Shown: positions 1-13,433 of the stretch, one piece after another
How the letters are laid out: every line of letters begins with the position of its first letter
How positions within the stretch are numbered: the stretch's first letter is position 1
Source of the DNA: Octopus sinensis
Taxonomy: Eukaryota
NCBI RefSeq assembly: GCF_006345805.1
Contig: NC_043004.1
Location: 23,870,001-23,934,000 of the forward strand
Reading direction: 5' to 3'
DNA length: 64,000 nucleotides
The notes under the pieces: model-generated
Databases searched by the model: none
What the model was told of the DNA's origin: nothing
What the model saw: only the letters and a program-made list of their open reading frames with translations
Made by a program: the position numbers and the translations under genes

Positions 1-200
1 TAACTGGGACCCAATCATAAACGATCTATCACAGGTTGACTGATCTTTCACACATGCACACACCTTTTCCAGCATCAAAATATCTTGGCCGATCTTTGTA
101 GACACCGCCACAAACATATGTACCAAAGACACCCCAGCAAGGGCTATGCAGAATTCCCCAAAACAGAAAAAACGATTATCCGAAACATAAAAAGAACAAA
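1..200 (+). mobile_element. Possible decayed LINE ORF2 linker fragment (between endonuclease and RT)
   Basis: Frame from position 2 reads NWDPIINDLSQVD*SFTHAHTFSSIKISWPIFVDTATNICTKDTP, resembling the 'W..I...L..vdW.....W..F......ic....P' linker of CR1/L2-group ORF2; contains a stop and is cut by the window edge. Confidence 0.35.
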
Positions 201-242
201 CAAAAAATTTACAAACTAAAATACTGCCAACAGCCACACATA

Positions 243-613
<371 letters not shown>

Positions 614-667
614 GAAAAAATATATGTGTGTATGTGTGTGTGTGCATGACACATACATACATATATT

Positions 668-1033
668 GGAGTGGCTGTGTGGTAAGAAGCTTGCTTCCCA
701 ACCACATGGTTCTGGATTCAGTTCCACTGCGTAGAACCGTGGGCAAGTGTCTTCTATTATAGCTTCGGGCCGACCAAAACCTTGTGAGTGTAGTTGGTAT
801 GTATGTATGTATGTATGTATGTATGTATGTATGCATGTATGTATGTATGTATGTATGTATGTATGTATTTGTGCGTCTGTATTTGTCCCACACGACCGCT
901 TGACAAATGATGATGGTGTGTTTACGTCCCCGTAACATAGCGGTTCGGCAAAAAAAAACGATAGAATAAGTACTAGGCTTACAAAGAATAAATCCTTGGG
1001 TCGATTTGCTGACTGAAACTAGTAAAAGAATAA
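668..1033 (+). mobile_element. SINE family A, near full length (tRNA-derived head, CORE-like segment, internal (TATG)n)
   Basis: Head GGAGTGGCTGTGTGGTAAG (A box) and GGATTCAGTTCC (B-box-like), then GGGCAAGTGTCTT (CORE-like), a microsatellite and the shared tail ending AGTAAAAGA. Confidence 0.85.
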
Positions 1034-1489
1034 AACAAGAAAGGAATATATGCATAACACATACATACATATTCAGCGGGCTTGTACACAGTTTCCGTCA
1101 GCCAAATTCATTCACAGACATTGGTCGACCCGGAACGATAGTACAAGATAAGGCAATTACCCAAAGTAACGCGCTGTGGAATTGCACAGGAAACCACGTA
1201 GCTTGAAAGCGAATATCATAAATATATATCAAATTTGCAACTAAGACACTGCAGAAGAGTTTCAAAAGAAATCTCTTTTTTTCAATTTTTAGCCCAGTGA
1301 CCACACATATTTTGAAATAGATCATCAACAGGAAATGCTTTGCTTGCAAACACAAATTTGGTACATTTACCCTGAATTTTAGTGACGGCAGAATGCTAAT
1401 ATAGTACAAAGGGGTATTTATCATTTCTGTATATGTTCTGTTGATCAATGACAGGCGAACCACATCTTATGGGCAGTACAGATATTATA

Positions 1490-1505
1490 GATACAATAGC
1501 GTCTG

Positions 1506-1547
<42 letters not shown>

Positions 1548-1897
1548 TATATATATACCGCCAATTTTGCCCGAACGACCTTCAAGGTTCATCCAAGGTT
1601 GGGACCACGGGCCATACGTCCCTTGCCCATTTCAGGATCACAGCATATATGTATACTGCAACATAATTTCTTTTCCTTAACATTGTTCCGAAAGAGATCA
1701 GAAACTTTAAACGGTGTCTGGACAGATTTCTTCAAGGAATACCGGATAAGCCACCCATACCTGGATACAACTCACTCACAAGAACTCACAACTTGAATGG
1801 ACCATAAACAAAACTTGACTTAACCAAAATTTAGATAATCCCATCAGGTGGATCTATTAAGTTAGACATGGCTTGGACCAATCTTTGGTCGAAACAT
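1490..1897 (+). mobile_element. 3' fragment of a CR1/L2-group LINE, same family as 9245-10506
   Basis: Translates (with frameshifts) to CPND..FKVHPRLGPRAIRP...NFKRCLDRFLQGIPDKPPIPGY, matching CPNDVGITFKIHPRLGSRAIRP...FKKSLDKFLQTVPDKQPTPGY of ORF 9333-9944; the 3' UTR TATTAAGTTAGACATGGC is shared with that copy. Confidence 0.8.
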
Positions 1898-2050
1898 ATC
1901 TAAGTTCATATATATATATATGCATGTATGTATGTATGTATAGATGTATAAACGAACTTTGGAAGAGTAGGATATGTTTGATGTTTTACAAACGAGAAAG
2001 AAAATGGGTGTTTACCTATATAAGACGGAAAAAAAAACTTGACAGCAGGC

Positions 2051-2118
2051 GGCTACGGAAGTCGAACCTGTACTCCTCAGATACCGGCTCCGTACTCTAC
2101 CGTTAAGCTAAACGGACC
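2051..2118 (-). pseudogene. tRNA-like sequence (decayed tRNA copy or SINE head)
   Basis: Minus strand has TAGCTTAACGG (A box) and GGTTCGACTTCC (B box) at tRNA-like spacing; no complete cloverleaf and no assignable anticodon. Confidence 0.45.
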
Positions 2119-4184
2119 CCACTGACAACAATTAACGTAATTTTTAAAGCTAAATAATAGCTTCTTCGATATATATAATGTAATTAAGCTGTTATTTCAT
2201 CAGACAATTTGTTGCATTTATTCTCTTTCTATCTTTTTGCTCTAACTTTTTATTTGTTTCAATGCAGAATGTTCTTATCTGTATTTACGCGCATATATTA
2301 TTCATTATTGATCCATTCATCACTTCATTTTACCTTTTAGCAATAGTATCGCCGTCTAAACAGATATTCAGCCATACCTTCAGATGTCTAATCAGCTATT
2401 CTGGGTAGAACATATTTGGTTTATCTGCATGGTGCTTCAGACTAAACTCAATATATTCCATGATCTCCGTCCTGCACCGGAATTCTAAATGTGTAGTTCC
2501 AGTTGATAGTCTGGATTGATCATTTCTAAATTTTATTTTAAGACTAACGTATTCCATTCCCACGGATCTTCTGCTGACATAAATATATTTTAAATGAAGA
2601 TAGCTATTAACGCGAACTACAAAAATAAGATAAAGTTTAAACTTTATAAAAGTCAGACGCTTCTGAAAAGAAATATGATTTCTTTCATAGGAAATGAACT
2701 TTTATGAATGTTTTAGAATGATTTTAAATGTATTCTCTGTACATTCTTTCTTTAGATTCAACGCGTAAAGTAGTCACATGTAGAGGCACGCACACTTAAA
2801 GCACCTTGCTGCATTCACCATTTCTTGGTATATTTCCTCCTGGAAGACCGGGGCAACAGAGTCCCAGTGAGTCCCTATTTCCATGAGATATTATCTCATC
2901 TACCGTGACCATGTGGCATGTGGTCGACCAACACGAGCCGTTAACCTAGCCGGATTCTCAGTGAAAAGAACATGATAAGCAGAGTCTAGCTCGGAGAATC
3001 GAGTAACATGGCAAGATAGTCTGAACTGGAACTCCCGATTCATACAAGTAACAAGATGCATCCCAGTTTCTGAGATGAATCGCTGACTGGATACGAGATC
3101 CGACCTGTAGTAGCAGATAATCCTGCGAAACCTCCTGGTACAAAAGGAGTTCAAGCAACTCCTAAGAGAGCATGACAGGAAGGACCAGATACATGAAAAC
3201 CCGAATTTTTCCCCTACCACAGATATTGGAAGCGCCAAACACCCTTTCCGGAAGAGTCCACGACTGCACCAACTCGTCCAATTCATTTTCGGACTCCAAG
3301 CTTGCAGAAAATGCCGCTATGCTTACTACTGAGATAAGGGAAGCTGTTAACAACTTCGATATCCTTAACCACAACAGAGACAGGAAAAATATTGAAATGG
3401 ATACAGTAAACCATGAATGATAATGAATTTGTAAAAGAATAAACTCTAAAATTAATTGATTTAATTGATAAACAAATAAACAGCACCATTCATAATTAAT
3501 ACAAAACTTTCAAGTTATTTAGGTAACATTAACATTGATGATTGCGCTTCTACGCAACAGTTTTGTTTACATATTAAACTACGATACATAAATTAATTTT
3601 TCTATTTACATGACGATAAAGTTAATAAACAGAAGTCGCTTTGTTGAACAAGTGAATATTTTACCCGAAATATGTTCTTTAAGATGAATAACATTAAAAA
3701 TAGTAGACAACTCGGTGACGGAAATGCCGGCCGTTTGATGTGTTTATGTTGATCAAATCATCCCACGCTATACTAATAATTCATAAGGAAAGTTTTATCT
3801 TAAATATACACTTACATATACATACATATTCACAAACATACACACATATACATACACAATGATCGACATATATATGCAATTGCGTAGAAATACACAAGCA
3901 CATACATGCATTTGCACACAAATATGCATCAGACGACGGCTTAATTTAACAATCAACTAATCATTCACTTTACACAAACGCACTCACACTTTCATACACA
4001 CACATATGTATATATGTGTGAGCATATATGTTTATCAGTGAGTCTTACATCATCCGCGTGCATGCAGTTACGTGCTTCTCTAATCAGGTTTCACACCACG
4101 TCTCCAAATAATCAAACCCAGTGAATTATTCAACTAAAATTAATCATATAAGTACAGTCTGGTGTCTGCTGTATATACTGGAGC

Positions 4185-4760
4185 AACATAGCGTCTGGTA
4201 ACGAGTTACTTCCCGACCACATTGTTCCGGCTTCAGTGTGCATGGCACCTTGGGCAGGTGTCTTCTATAGCCTCACGACGACCAAAACCTTTTAAGTGGA
4301 TTTTGTTCCATGCGATTTAAAGATGCGTGGGCTTCTTATAGAAGCCCGTTTCTGTCGGCAGCCTGAAACAGACGGGCTTCTGTTGGATATCCTCGAAAGA
4401 TAAACTCGTATGGAGACGAATCAAACTGATGTAAATAATACACGTAACTCCTACTAAGTGTGTTGAATGCCTTTTACTTTCGTTTAGTTACTCACTGTAT
4501 GTGTGTGTGTGTGTGTGTGTGTTAGTGTGTTTGTGTGAATGTTTGTGTGTCTTTGTGCTTATACCCAACACCGCTTGAGAACCGGTGATGGTTTGTTTAC
4601 ATTCCTTTACCTTAGTGTTTCGGCCAAAGAGACGATTAGAATAAATACTACGCTTTAAAAACTAGGTACTGCAGTTGATTCGTTCGAATAAAGCCAGTCA
4701 AAACGGTGACCCAACATGGCCGATGCCCAAGGACTGAAGCAAGTAAAAATATAAAATAAA
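4185..4760 (+). mobile_element. SINE family A, degenerate, with extra internal sequence
   Basis: GGCACCTTGGGCAGGTGTCTTCTATAGCC near 4246, (TG)n at about 4497-4525 and the family tail ending GACTGAAGCAAGTAAAA. Confidence 0.65.
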
Positions 4761-6262
4761 ACATCCAAGTAAGCCTGAACAGTTTACAGCACTTTGCATG
4801 TCGCCATGAAATATTGGATTCCCGTGCTCAGTTGTCCTTTAGCCCTAAGTCGTTTAGCCCTGCTGACTGACATGATGAATGATAAGATGATCCTTCCGGG
4901 ATCAGCCACCCTTGGTGTTGGCTTTGTGTATCAAAGAGATTCTATTGCTCAATGTGCACTTCCCTTCCCAAGACAGGCGGCTGTAATCTTTCTGAGATTT
5001 GCCCACCATTTCTAGGAGATTCAAGGCTAAAATATTTTAGAATTCTAAAAGATTAAAACCAAAAGTGAGTCAATCGTTGACTTAGTGGAGTGTAATCCGC
5101 GGGATGTCTGGCTCCAGTTTTTAGTACATCAAGAGTCTATACACACAAGTTTTCCTCCTTTGCTTGAGTGTGCAGGGAGATATTTAGTTGCTATTTCTAG
5201 TGGGTTAAGTCCCGACGTATATGCTCCTCGATACATCGACAAAGGTATTAACTTAAACATTCAAATTATCGAAAATGGAGTCAATAACAAGCGTTGAAAT
5301 TGTAGATTGTTTCTAAAGGCAAGATATTTAATGTATTTACAATTTTATATTATCCACACTTATCCGGTGTAACAGTAACAATCCATACATATTTTATATG
5401 TACGGATCCTTAGATTGCTTCTACAATACAGACTATTCACCAGTTCATTGACAGCTAAACGCATGGATATCGTGTTAATGTGAAACATAAGTAACCTACA
5501 GCAACATGATTTCACAGTAGATGCTTTCAAGAGTATAGCACTTACATGTGGAATAGACATCAAGCAGCGTGATACTCAAAGCATTCTCGAAGGTAAAATT
5601 AGATTTAGTTTGAAAGTAGAAACATCTAGCACGTTATTCTCAAACGGCATATATATTATTAACAAAATTATTACGTATATAACTTGACATCCATTTTCGT
5701 TCCTCGTTTTCCTTCAAATATGTGACTCTGTTATATACTGTAATTCTACAAAGCCTATTAACAATGCCAGCCAATGATTTATTTACTGATTTCCTATATT
5801 TGAGGCGACAGATCTCAGTATGACGCTGATTGTGATTACACATGCATCGATATATTTCGGTTTATGTAAGCTCAAATGGGTCTGCCATTTTCACAAGCCG
5901 CTGTTGGAACGATATTTAGACTCTCTGACTTACCCTCTGTTTTTCTCTTTCTCTCTCTCTCTCTGTCTCTATCTATCTATTTATCTATCTACCTCCTATG
6001 CTTGCTTCACAACGATGTATATGCATCGAATGTAATGCAAGCAAACACACACACGCACGCATACACACACACACAATGACTTTTGTACATATTTTTAAAA
6101 CCTGGTACTTTTTCCACCGGTTTCTTTTGTAGAACTGCTAAGTTGAGGAGATGTTAACACACCAATATCGGTTATCAAGCGGTACTGGCCGACAAACGCA
6201 CACACAAAAACGCCAACAAGTATATATCCATATATACATGTGCGTGTGTGTGTCTGTTTTAT

Positions 6263-6350
<88 letters not shown>

Positions 6351-6526
6351 GTAATAAAGTTAATGTCTGGTCATAGAATGACCAATGGTTTTGCATCCAC
6401 GAAGAATGTAGTTTCGCGGACGACTCATTAGGCTCTAGTCCGAGGACAAATTTAACTCTTCACCTCTAGGAGGCAGAAATCTGATCCATAGGTATCATAA
6501 AATATGTATGGATTTTCATGCTTATA

Positions 6527-6594
6527 AAAAACAGACGAAAAGCCGCTAAGCATTTCGCCCGGTGTGCTAATGATTCTGCCAGCTCACCGCCTTA
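6527..6594 (-). mobile_element. SINE family B head fragment
   Basis: Reverse complement reads TAAGGCGGTGAGCTGGCAGAATCATTAGCACACCGGGCGAAATGCTTAGCGG, matching the family B head. Confidence 0.75.
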
Positions 6595-6607
6595 CATTGA
6601 CAATATA

Positions 6608-6640
<33 letters not shown>

Positions 6641-6641
<1 letters not shown>

Positions 6642-7790
6642 TAGCAGAAATACCCATTGTTGCTCGGGTTAAAAATAATGAAATTTTTAAAATACCTTTT
6701 AGATCTCTAACTAAGGTGAAGTATAGGCTACTTAGGTCTCACCTCCTAGTAGCTGAGATACCAACTTTATATGTTAATAACCTGGCGTCTCCCAGGTATT
6801 GAAAATGATGAAACTTATGTATGACTTTTAAATCTCTAAGTAAAACGAAATATGGATTATGCAGTTCTCAACAGCTATTTTCTGAGGTACGAACTGTATA
6901 TCTCAACAACATGTTTTGTCCGATGTTCTCACTGTTAAAATTGTTTAAAAAGCAGGTAGTTTTTTTGTCTTTGCAATCACCTTCAATTATTAGTACCTGT
7001 TTGAAAGACGTTGAAGCTAAAAATGCATAAATTTGAGAAGAACCACTCTCCAGGCGCTCCTCTCCTGTTAATAAATACATCTAACAAAAATTCTGTTAGA
7101 TGACGTGAGTATAAATAAATGTATTGAAACAAATCCGGAAATCAATCACAGTTTAATTAACTAGAACTTCTAAATATACAATGTTTTGAGTGTGTCTTTT
7201 GTTTGGTGTATACATGAAAAGGTTTTGGAACATCCTACATGTAAGTCCAACAACCTTGAGTGACTGTCATTGAGATTTGTTTATTGACATAGCGAAATTT
7301 ACTTTCACTGGGAACTGGAGCCGTTTAAATTCAATGGGGAGGTCATATGGGATTAACGGGGTCTATGGAATGAAGACACCCTCACTCTTATAGTTTCCAG
7401 TCATAATTGTTGCCTCTGGGACAACATCGCTTTCTCACTAGTCTGGTGCCATTGCACAGACGAGGTGGATCCTGATTTTTGAGCAGCATGCTTGAGAGCC
7501 CATTTTTTAAGTGTTAAGTGGTGAAGTGGCATCCTAGAAGGTAGAGAGTTCAGGAACTAAGTTGAAAAAACTACAGCTTGGTCCTGATCAATGACAGTTT
7601 GGAAGGATTTGAAAGAGTGTTTTTGTCTTGGCAAAGGCTGCAAGAGATCCCAGTTGATTTTGTCGACAGATGGCTTGCTTACAGAGCCATTTACTGTTGC
7701 TAAAGTTTTGTGCAATGTTTAGGAGCACATGCATTATGAGATAATTGACAGTTGATATGATCTCACCAACGGTTTGGCCATCCATAGAGG
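6641..7790 (-). mobile_element. Helitron 3' fragment: PIF1-like helicase C-terminus plus 3' terminus
   Basis: Minus-strand frames, with stops and frameshifts, give FLNSL..MP.HHLTLK...MLLKNQDPPRLCNGTRLV...EATIMTGNYKSEGVFIP*TPLIPYDLPIEFKRLQFPVKVNFAMSINKSQ*QSLKVVGL, the classic Helitron helicase motifs. The terminus is an imperfect hairpin CCCGAGCAACAATGGG followed by TATTTCTGCTAA (CTAG-like) at 6641. Confidence 0.88.
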
Positions 7791-7829
7791 GAACACACAA
7801 ATATATGTCTTATTTATATATTAAGATGA

Positions 7830-7945
7830 CCTGTTGACATTTGAAAGGCGAAGTCAATCTCAGCAGAATTTGAACTCAGAACGTAGCGAAAAAGGAAGTA
7901 CCACTAAGTATTTCACTTGGCATGCCAACAACTCTGTCAGCTCGA
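7830..7945 (-). mobile_element. SINE family B, partial
   Basis: GAAAGGCGAAGTCAATCTCAGCAGAATTTGAACTCAGAACGTAG on the plus strand matches the reverse of family B. Confidence 0.7.
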
Positions 7946-9023
7946 TAAATAATGATAATGACAGTAGTAGCAGTAGTCGTAGTAGTGGTGGTGGTGGCAT
8001 TAGTAGTATTTGTAATATTAGTATTATCGACAAAACTTTTAGTTGTCGCAGTGATAGTAGTAAAGTAGAAGTGGTAGTGGTTAGCAGTTATAGTAGTTAT
8101 ATATGACATTTGAAAAAATTTACTGAAATGAACCTGTACGTACAAATACACAAACAGAAATCTGGAGAATATAAAAAATGAAAGTACTTTAATTTTTTTT
8201 TATCGTCACAATTGTAATGATGTACACATACGTGTTTGTGTGTGTAAATAGCTGGCTGCTTGCTTAGTTACTACGTCAGAACGCCAAACACGGGAAGTTG
8301 ACATTGACAAAACAGTTTGAAGAAGTGAAACTTTATTATACATATAAAGTAATATTATTTATTTTTAATAAAAAAATGAATCAAGACCGTATTATTATTT
8401 CCAAGGTCAAATTATTCATGTACCCCAAGTAAAGTACAGATTGATCAAGGGGTTTGATCGTGCATAGAGGACACACACACAACGTATTTTATATATTTAG
8501 ATATATACTGTAAAATATATCCAGAATGCCTCCTTAGTCAGTGTATATAAGAGTTCCAATGAGATTATAAAGCAACATAATTATTAATATAATGTAACTG
8601 ATACGTGCAAACATACAAACACTCACATAGATACATAAACATAATACGCACAGACAAACTCACGCACGCACGCACACGCACACATACATACATATATATT
8701 TGCATGATGGTGCACTATAAATATTTATTGTCCCCCTTGTATTTGGTTTAAATTGTAACTGACAAGCATTGACATTTTAGGAATAATAACACATCAATTC
8801 GTACCAGTCTGCGCCAACGTTTTAATCTCTAGGGTACCCTGTAAATACTGGCTTACTGCCTAAACTACAAACCCAAGTGTAATATAAGGGAATATCTATC
8901 GGACTAAAGGAAAAACTTAATAACAATATGTTTATCGATAAATTAATATGTGAGAAAGTCTTGATTTTCATAAAGTTCATCATTCATCATCCATGGTCTA
9001 GTTGATCTGATTATATATATATA

Positions 9024-9067
<44 letters not shown>

Positions 9068-9161
9068 CATATATAGATACATATATATACATATATATAT
9101 ACATAAATGCATATACATGTATATCTATATACACACATACACATATATATAAATACACACA

Positions 9162-9234
<73 letters not shown>

Positions 9235-9244
9235 GTATGTATAC

Positions 9245-10506
9245 ATAACTTAGAATAACTTAGAAAGGTTTTGGCCAGTATTGGCCCAGGCCATGTCTAA
9301 CTTAATAGCACCACCTGGCGAAGTCTTTCAATTCAGGATTTGGGCACCAAGGCCCATTCGAGCAGAGAGTTATTATTTGTGGTGATATATCCGGGTGTGG
9401 GTTGTTTGTCCGGGACTGTTTGAAGGAATTTGTCCAAAGACTTCTTGAATTTTGTGCGGTCAGTTTCTGTTTTGACGTGTCCTGGTGTAATGCTGAAGAG
9501 AGCGGGTCCAATTGAGGTGAAATAATTGTGCCGTATTGTTGTTATGAAATGCAATTTAGATTTTTGTTGTGGACGGATGGCACGAGATCCAAGTCTTGGA
9601 TGTATTTTGAAGGTGATTCCAACATCATTTGGACAGTGCTGATGGAATATTTTCCACGTCATACAGATAATGTAGCGTTCACGGCGTCGTTGGAGTGAAT
9701 ACAGTTTCAGCTTTTCTAGTCGGCCCCAGTAGTCGAGGTCTGATATGCCATCTATCTTTTTCGCGATTGACCTTTGGGGAGCTTCAACTTTCATAATATT
9801 TCGTTTCGTATAGGGAGACCACAGTGGACAGCAGTATTCAAGGTGGGGTCGGGCAAAAGTGGAGAAGAGAAGGATAATGATATGGGAATCTCTCGACTGG
9901 AAGGTTATGAGAATCCAGGAATACATTCTGCGGGCCATGTCCACTTATATGCTGCTTATATGTGTAACCCAGCTTATATTGTTGTCCACAGTTACTCCCA
10001 AGTCTCTGATGTTAGACGTCATGAGAATTTCACCAGAAGGAAGGGAGTATGTGAGTTTCAGAGCGTCCTCCCTTCCAAAGTGGATCAGTTCGAATTTGTC
10101 TTCGTTTAGCAACATGTTTTTTTTTCCGCCCATTGGACAACAGCCAGTAGGTCTGACTGATGGCTTAGCCTGTCATCCGCGCCATTGATGACCTTCTGGA
10201 GCTTGGAATCATCAGCGAAGATTCTGATGTTATTGTGTTTGATGATATCAAATATGTCATTAATGTAGATGATGAAGAGAAGTGGGCCCAACACAGTGCC
10301 TTGTGGGACACCACTACTGACTTTGGCTGGACTGGATTTGACCCCTTCGACTACAATATGTTGGGTTCTGTTTGACAGGAAGCACTTGATCCACTGCAGC
10401 AGCTTTCCAGTGACACCCATATTGGGCAGCTATCTCAAAAGGATCTTATGATCAACCTTGTCAAAGGCCTTGCTGAAATCAAAGTAGATAACATAAAGTA
10501 TTGCAT
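9245..10506 (-). mobile_element. 5'-truncated CR1/L2-group LINE (RT domain to 3' end), frameshifted
   Basis: RT motifs YFDFSKAFDKVDH, GVPQGTVLGPLLFIIYIND, FADDSKL, RDLGV and RPHLEYCCPLWSPY...SLQRRRER across ORFs 10106-10420, 9945-10133 and 9333-9944; ends in a short (TCTAAGTTAT)x2 tail. Confidence 0.93.
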
Positions 10507-10575
10507 CGCCCGCAGTGGGACATGAACCCGCGACCCACAGATTAAAAGTCTGATGCTCTACCGACTGAGCTATAC
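10507..10575 (-). pseudogene. tRNA-Lys(TTT) retrocopy missing the first 4 nt, fused to the LINE
   Basis: GTATAGCTCAGTCGGTAGAGCATCAGACTTTTAATCTGTGGGTCGCGGGTTCATGTCCCACTGCGGGCG. D arm and anticodon loop (TTT at 10544-10546) match eukaryotic tRNA-Lys3. The acceptor 5' GCCC is replaced by TTTT, the T loop has A58T, and there is no CCA. Confidence 0.88.
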
Positions 10576-11422
10576 AAAAATATTCAATTATTCAGTTGCT
10601 AGGGACATACACAAAACGCAGATCTGCAGTCTTTTTGCATCGCATTGTCTTTCCTATCACTTTATAACTACATTTGTTCACTAGAGTTGGCTCGCTGGTC
10701 CGGCACACCAACACTTAGAAACCCCGAATTACTCTTGTGAACATTTTCCCTTACCCCTTACCATGTTAGCGTCTAAGTGTTGATGTACAAAATCATACAA
10801 GTCGCATAAGCCTACAAATATTACAGGAAATGATTTAAAGGACTTGAATGAGGTTCAACTTGGCGACGAACTTGAGTGCGAATATCGTGAATAGTAAGAT
10901 GGTAGAAAACCATGGGATAGCAAAGGAGGAAATTGTCTGTGTCAAACATGATGATGTAAGGATTGAGGCGCAAGTGAATTAATGTCTCATTTGTGAAAGA
11001 GTAACAAAACTAATTACACAGGAAGAGGATATATTATCTCCCTAAGTGTGTATGGCATGTTAGCTGTTGCAGATACCTAAGAGATGCAAGTGGATAAAGA
11101 AGAGAAGAAGATGCAAACAGAATTGGTGAGGATGACCTTGAAACCTTATTTGGTTCTTTTATCCAAGGTTGTACGTCATGGTGTCATTATGGAGCGGGCA
11201 GCGGTTTTCGAAACAAGGACAAAGGAAGATGGAAAATTTTGTCGTCTTAGTGCAGGAAAAGCGCAAATGAAATGAACGGGAGGCATAGCATTGGATGCAG
11301 GTAAATTTAGGGTCTTTACAAAGCCAATTCTCGTTTTCAAGAGGTACTCCCGGCAATATGTGTGTATGAGTGTCCGAAAGCAAACGCGCGCGCCTGAGTC
11401 GATATATATATATATTATATAT

Positions 11423-11486
<64 letters not shown>

Positions 11487-11574
11487 GATATGTATACACA
11501 CGCACACACGTGTGTATGTATGTATGTATGTATGTATGTATGTATGTATGCATGTATGTCTCTATCTATAAAGC

Positions 11575-12038
<464 letters not shown>

Positions 12039-12562
12039 ATTCATACGAACGCACACACACGCATACACCCGTCTTCCTTCCCACACTATTCCCGGAAGGT
12101 TCATGTGTGTACCGCCCTTGGTCTAGTTTCCTTATAATTCTTTCGTATTAAGAATTCCATAAGACAGCGTAGCATCAGATCAGCATACAGCGTAGGCAGA
12201 GAATGATGAAAGACAAAGGTTAAAAAAAAAGAAATAAAGAAATTGGTAAGTGAAAAAACAAGGGAAAACGTACAACTGCAGAAGGAGTATTGAAGAAAGG
12301 GGTGACGACGTAAGAGAAGTCAACGCATTTGTTTGCTACATTGATCTAGCGAAATGTCTCGTTCCCGCACAGTAAAAATTCAAATAGGATTCTAATGAAA
12401 TGAAATATTTCCAGATAAATTTAGACGAATATATTATATTCAATAACGCTTGAAGAAAATTAGTGAAGTGAGTTTGATTAATTACATTTGACCTTAACTT
12501 ATTTTCGCTAATATCCTACTTATTTATTGTTAATATCTCTTCTTACCTGAAGCTAGTTACAG

Positions 12563-12690
12563 ACAGAGATATCTTTTCCGGTCTAGTATTTCCAGTCTAC
12601 TATCTTTACTAAGTGAAATATGATACACACAGAGATATCTTGTACGGTCTACTGTTTCCAGTATACTATCTTTACTAAATGAATTATGCT
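12563..12690. repeat. Imperfect tandem duplication, unit about 66 bp, two copies
   Basis: ACAGAGATATCTTTTCCGGTCTAGTATTTCCAGTCTACTATCTTTACTAAGTGAA is followed by ACAGAGATATCTTGTACGGTCTACTGTTTCCAGTATACTATCTTTACTAAATGAA. Confidence 0.85.
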
Positions 12691-13384
12691 AAGGGGTATC
12701 TGTTGTATGAATATAATTAACTGTGGTTCGAATCTATGTGCTTCTTTAGTCTTGCTACAAGGCTGAAGTTTGATGGGAATAGTTATTGTGTACTGAATTT
12801 ATTCCATTCAACTACTGGTAATCTATCAATACCAGAAGAATGGAAAGTAAATGATATGACTTAGAAAAACGAATTTAAAAATAGAAAAGTTAATAATTCA
12901 TCCCTCTAAATTTGCTACTAATTATATGCGTAGGCATGTTGGCAGAATGACTAACAGGTTCGTTTCACTATCGTATGGTACCAAATTTAACTCCACGGTG
13001 AGTTAGTTTGGGATGATAGAGTAGCTTAGAGTCAACAAATCCTCGTGTCTGAAAATTGACTCCTCATGGCATTTTGTGTTTCACCGATTATTTGTCAGTA
13101 TTTATTGAAAGGTCTGTAAGCCTTTCAAATAACTAACGATTTAAAAGAGGACTCATTCGCTAATCGAACAGCAAGAACAGTGATTGTCAAAACACAATGA
13201 GAATCCAATTCACTTCTTTGCGTCATGAGATTTCTGAAGTAGTTCGCAGATCAAACTTTTTAAGAGAAAAGAGTTTAATTGATCTCTGTGTTTTGCTAAA
13301 AGTCAAGTCATTAGTCAAATATATTAAGTTTAAAACTTGCCACAAAGAAACCAACCAGAATGAGTATCATCAACGACACACACA

Positions 13385-13433
<49 letters not shown>

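Noticed and set aside
6405-6435. Minus-strand CTAATGAGTCGTCCGCGAAAC
   Set aside because: Mutated core with no stem I or stem III pairing.
10507-10579. Functional tRNA-Lys gene
   Set aside because: The acceptor stem 5' strand is lost, A58T breaks the B box, and there are mismatches in the anticodon and T stems.
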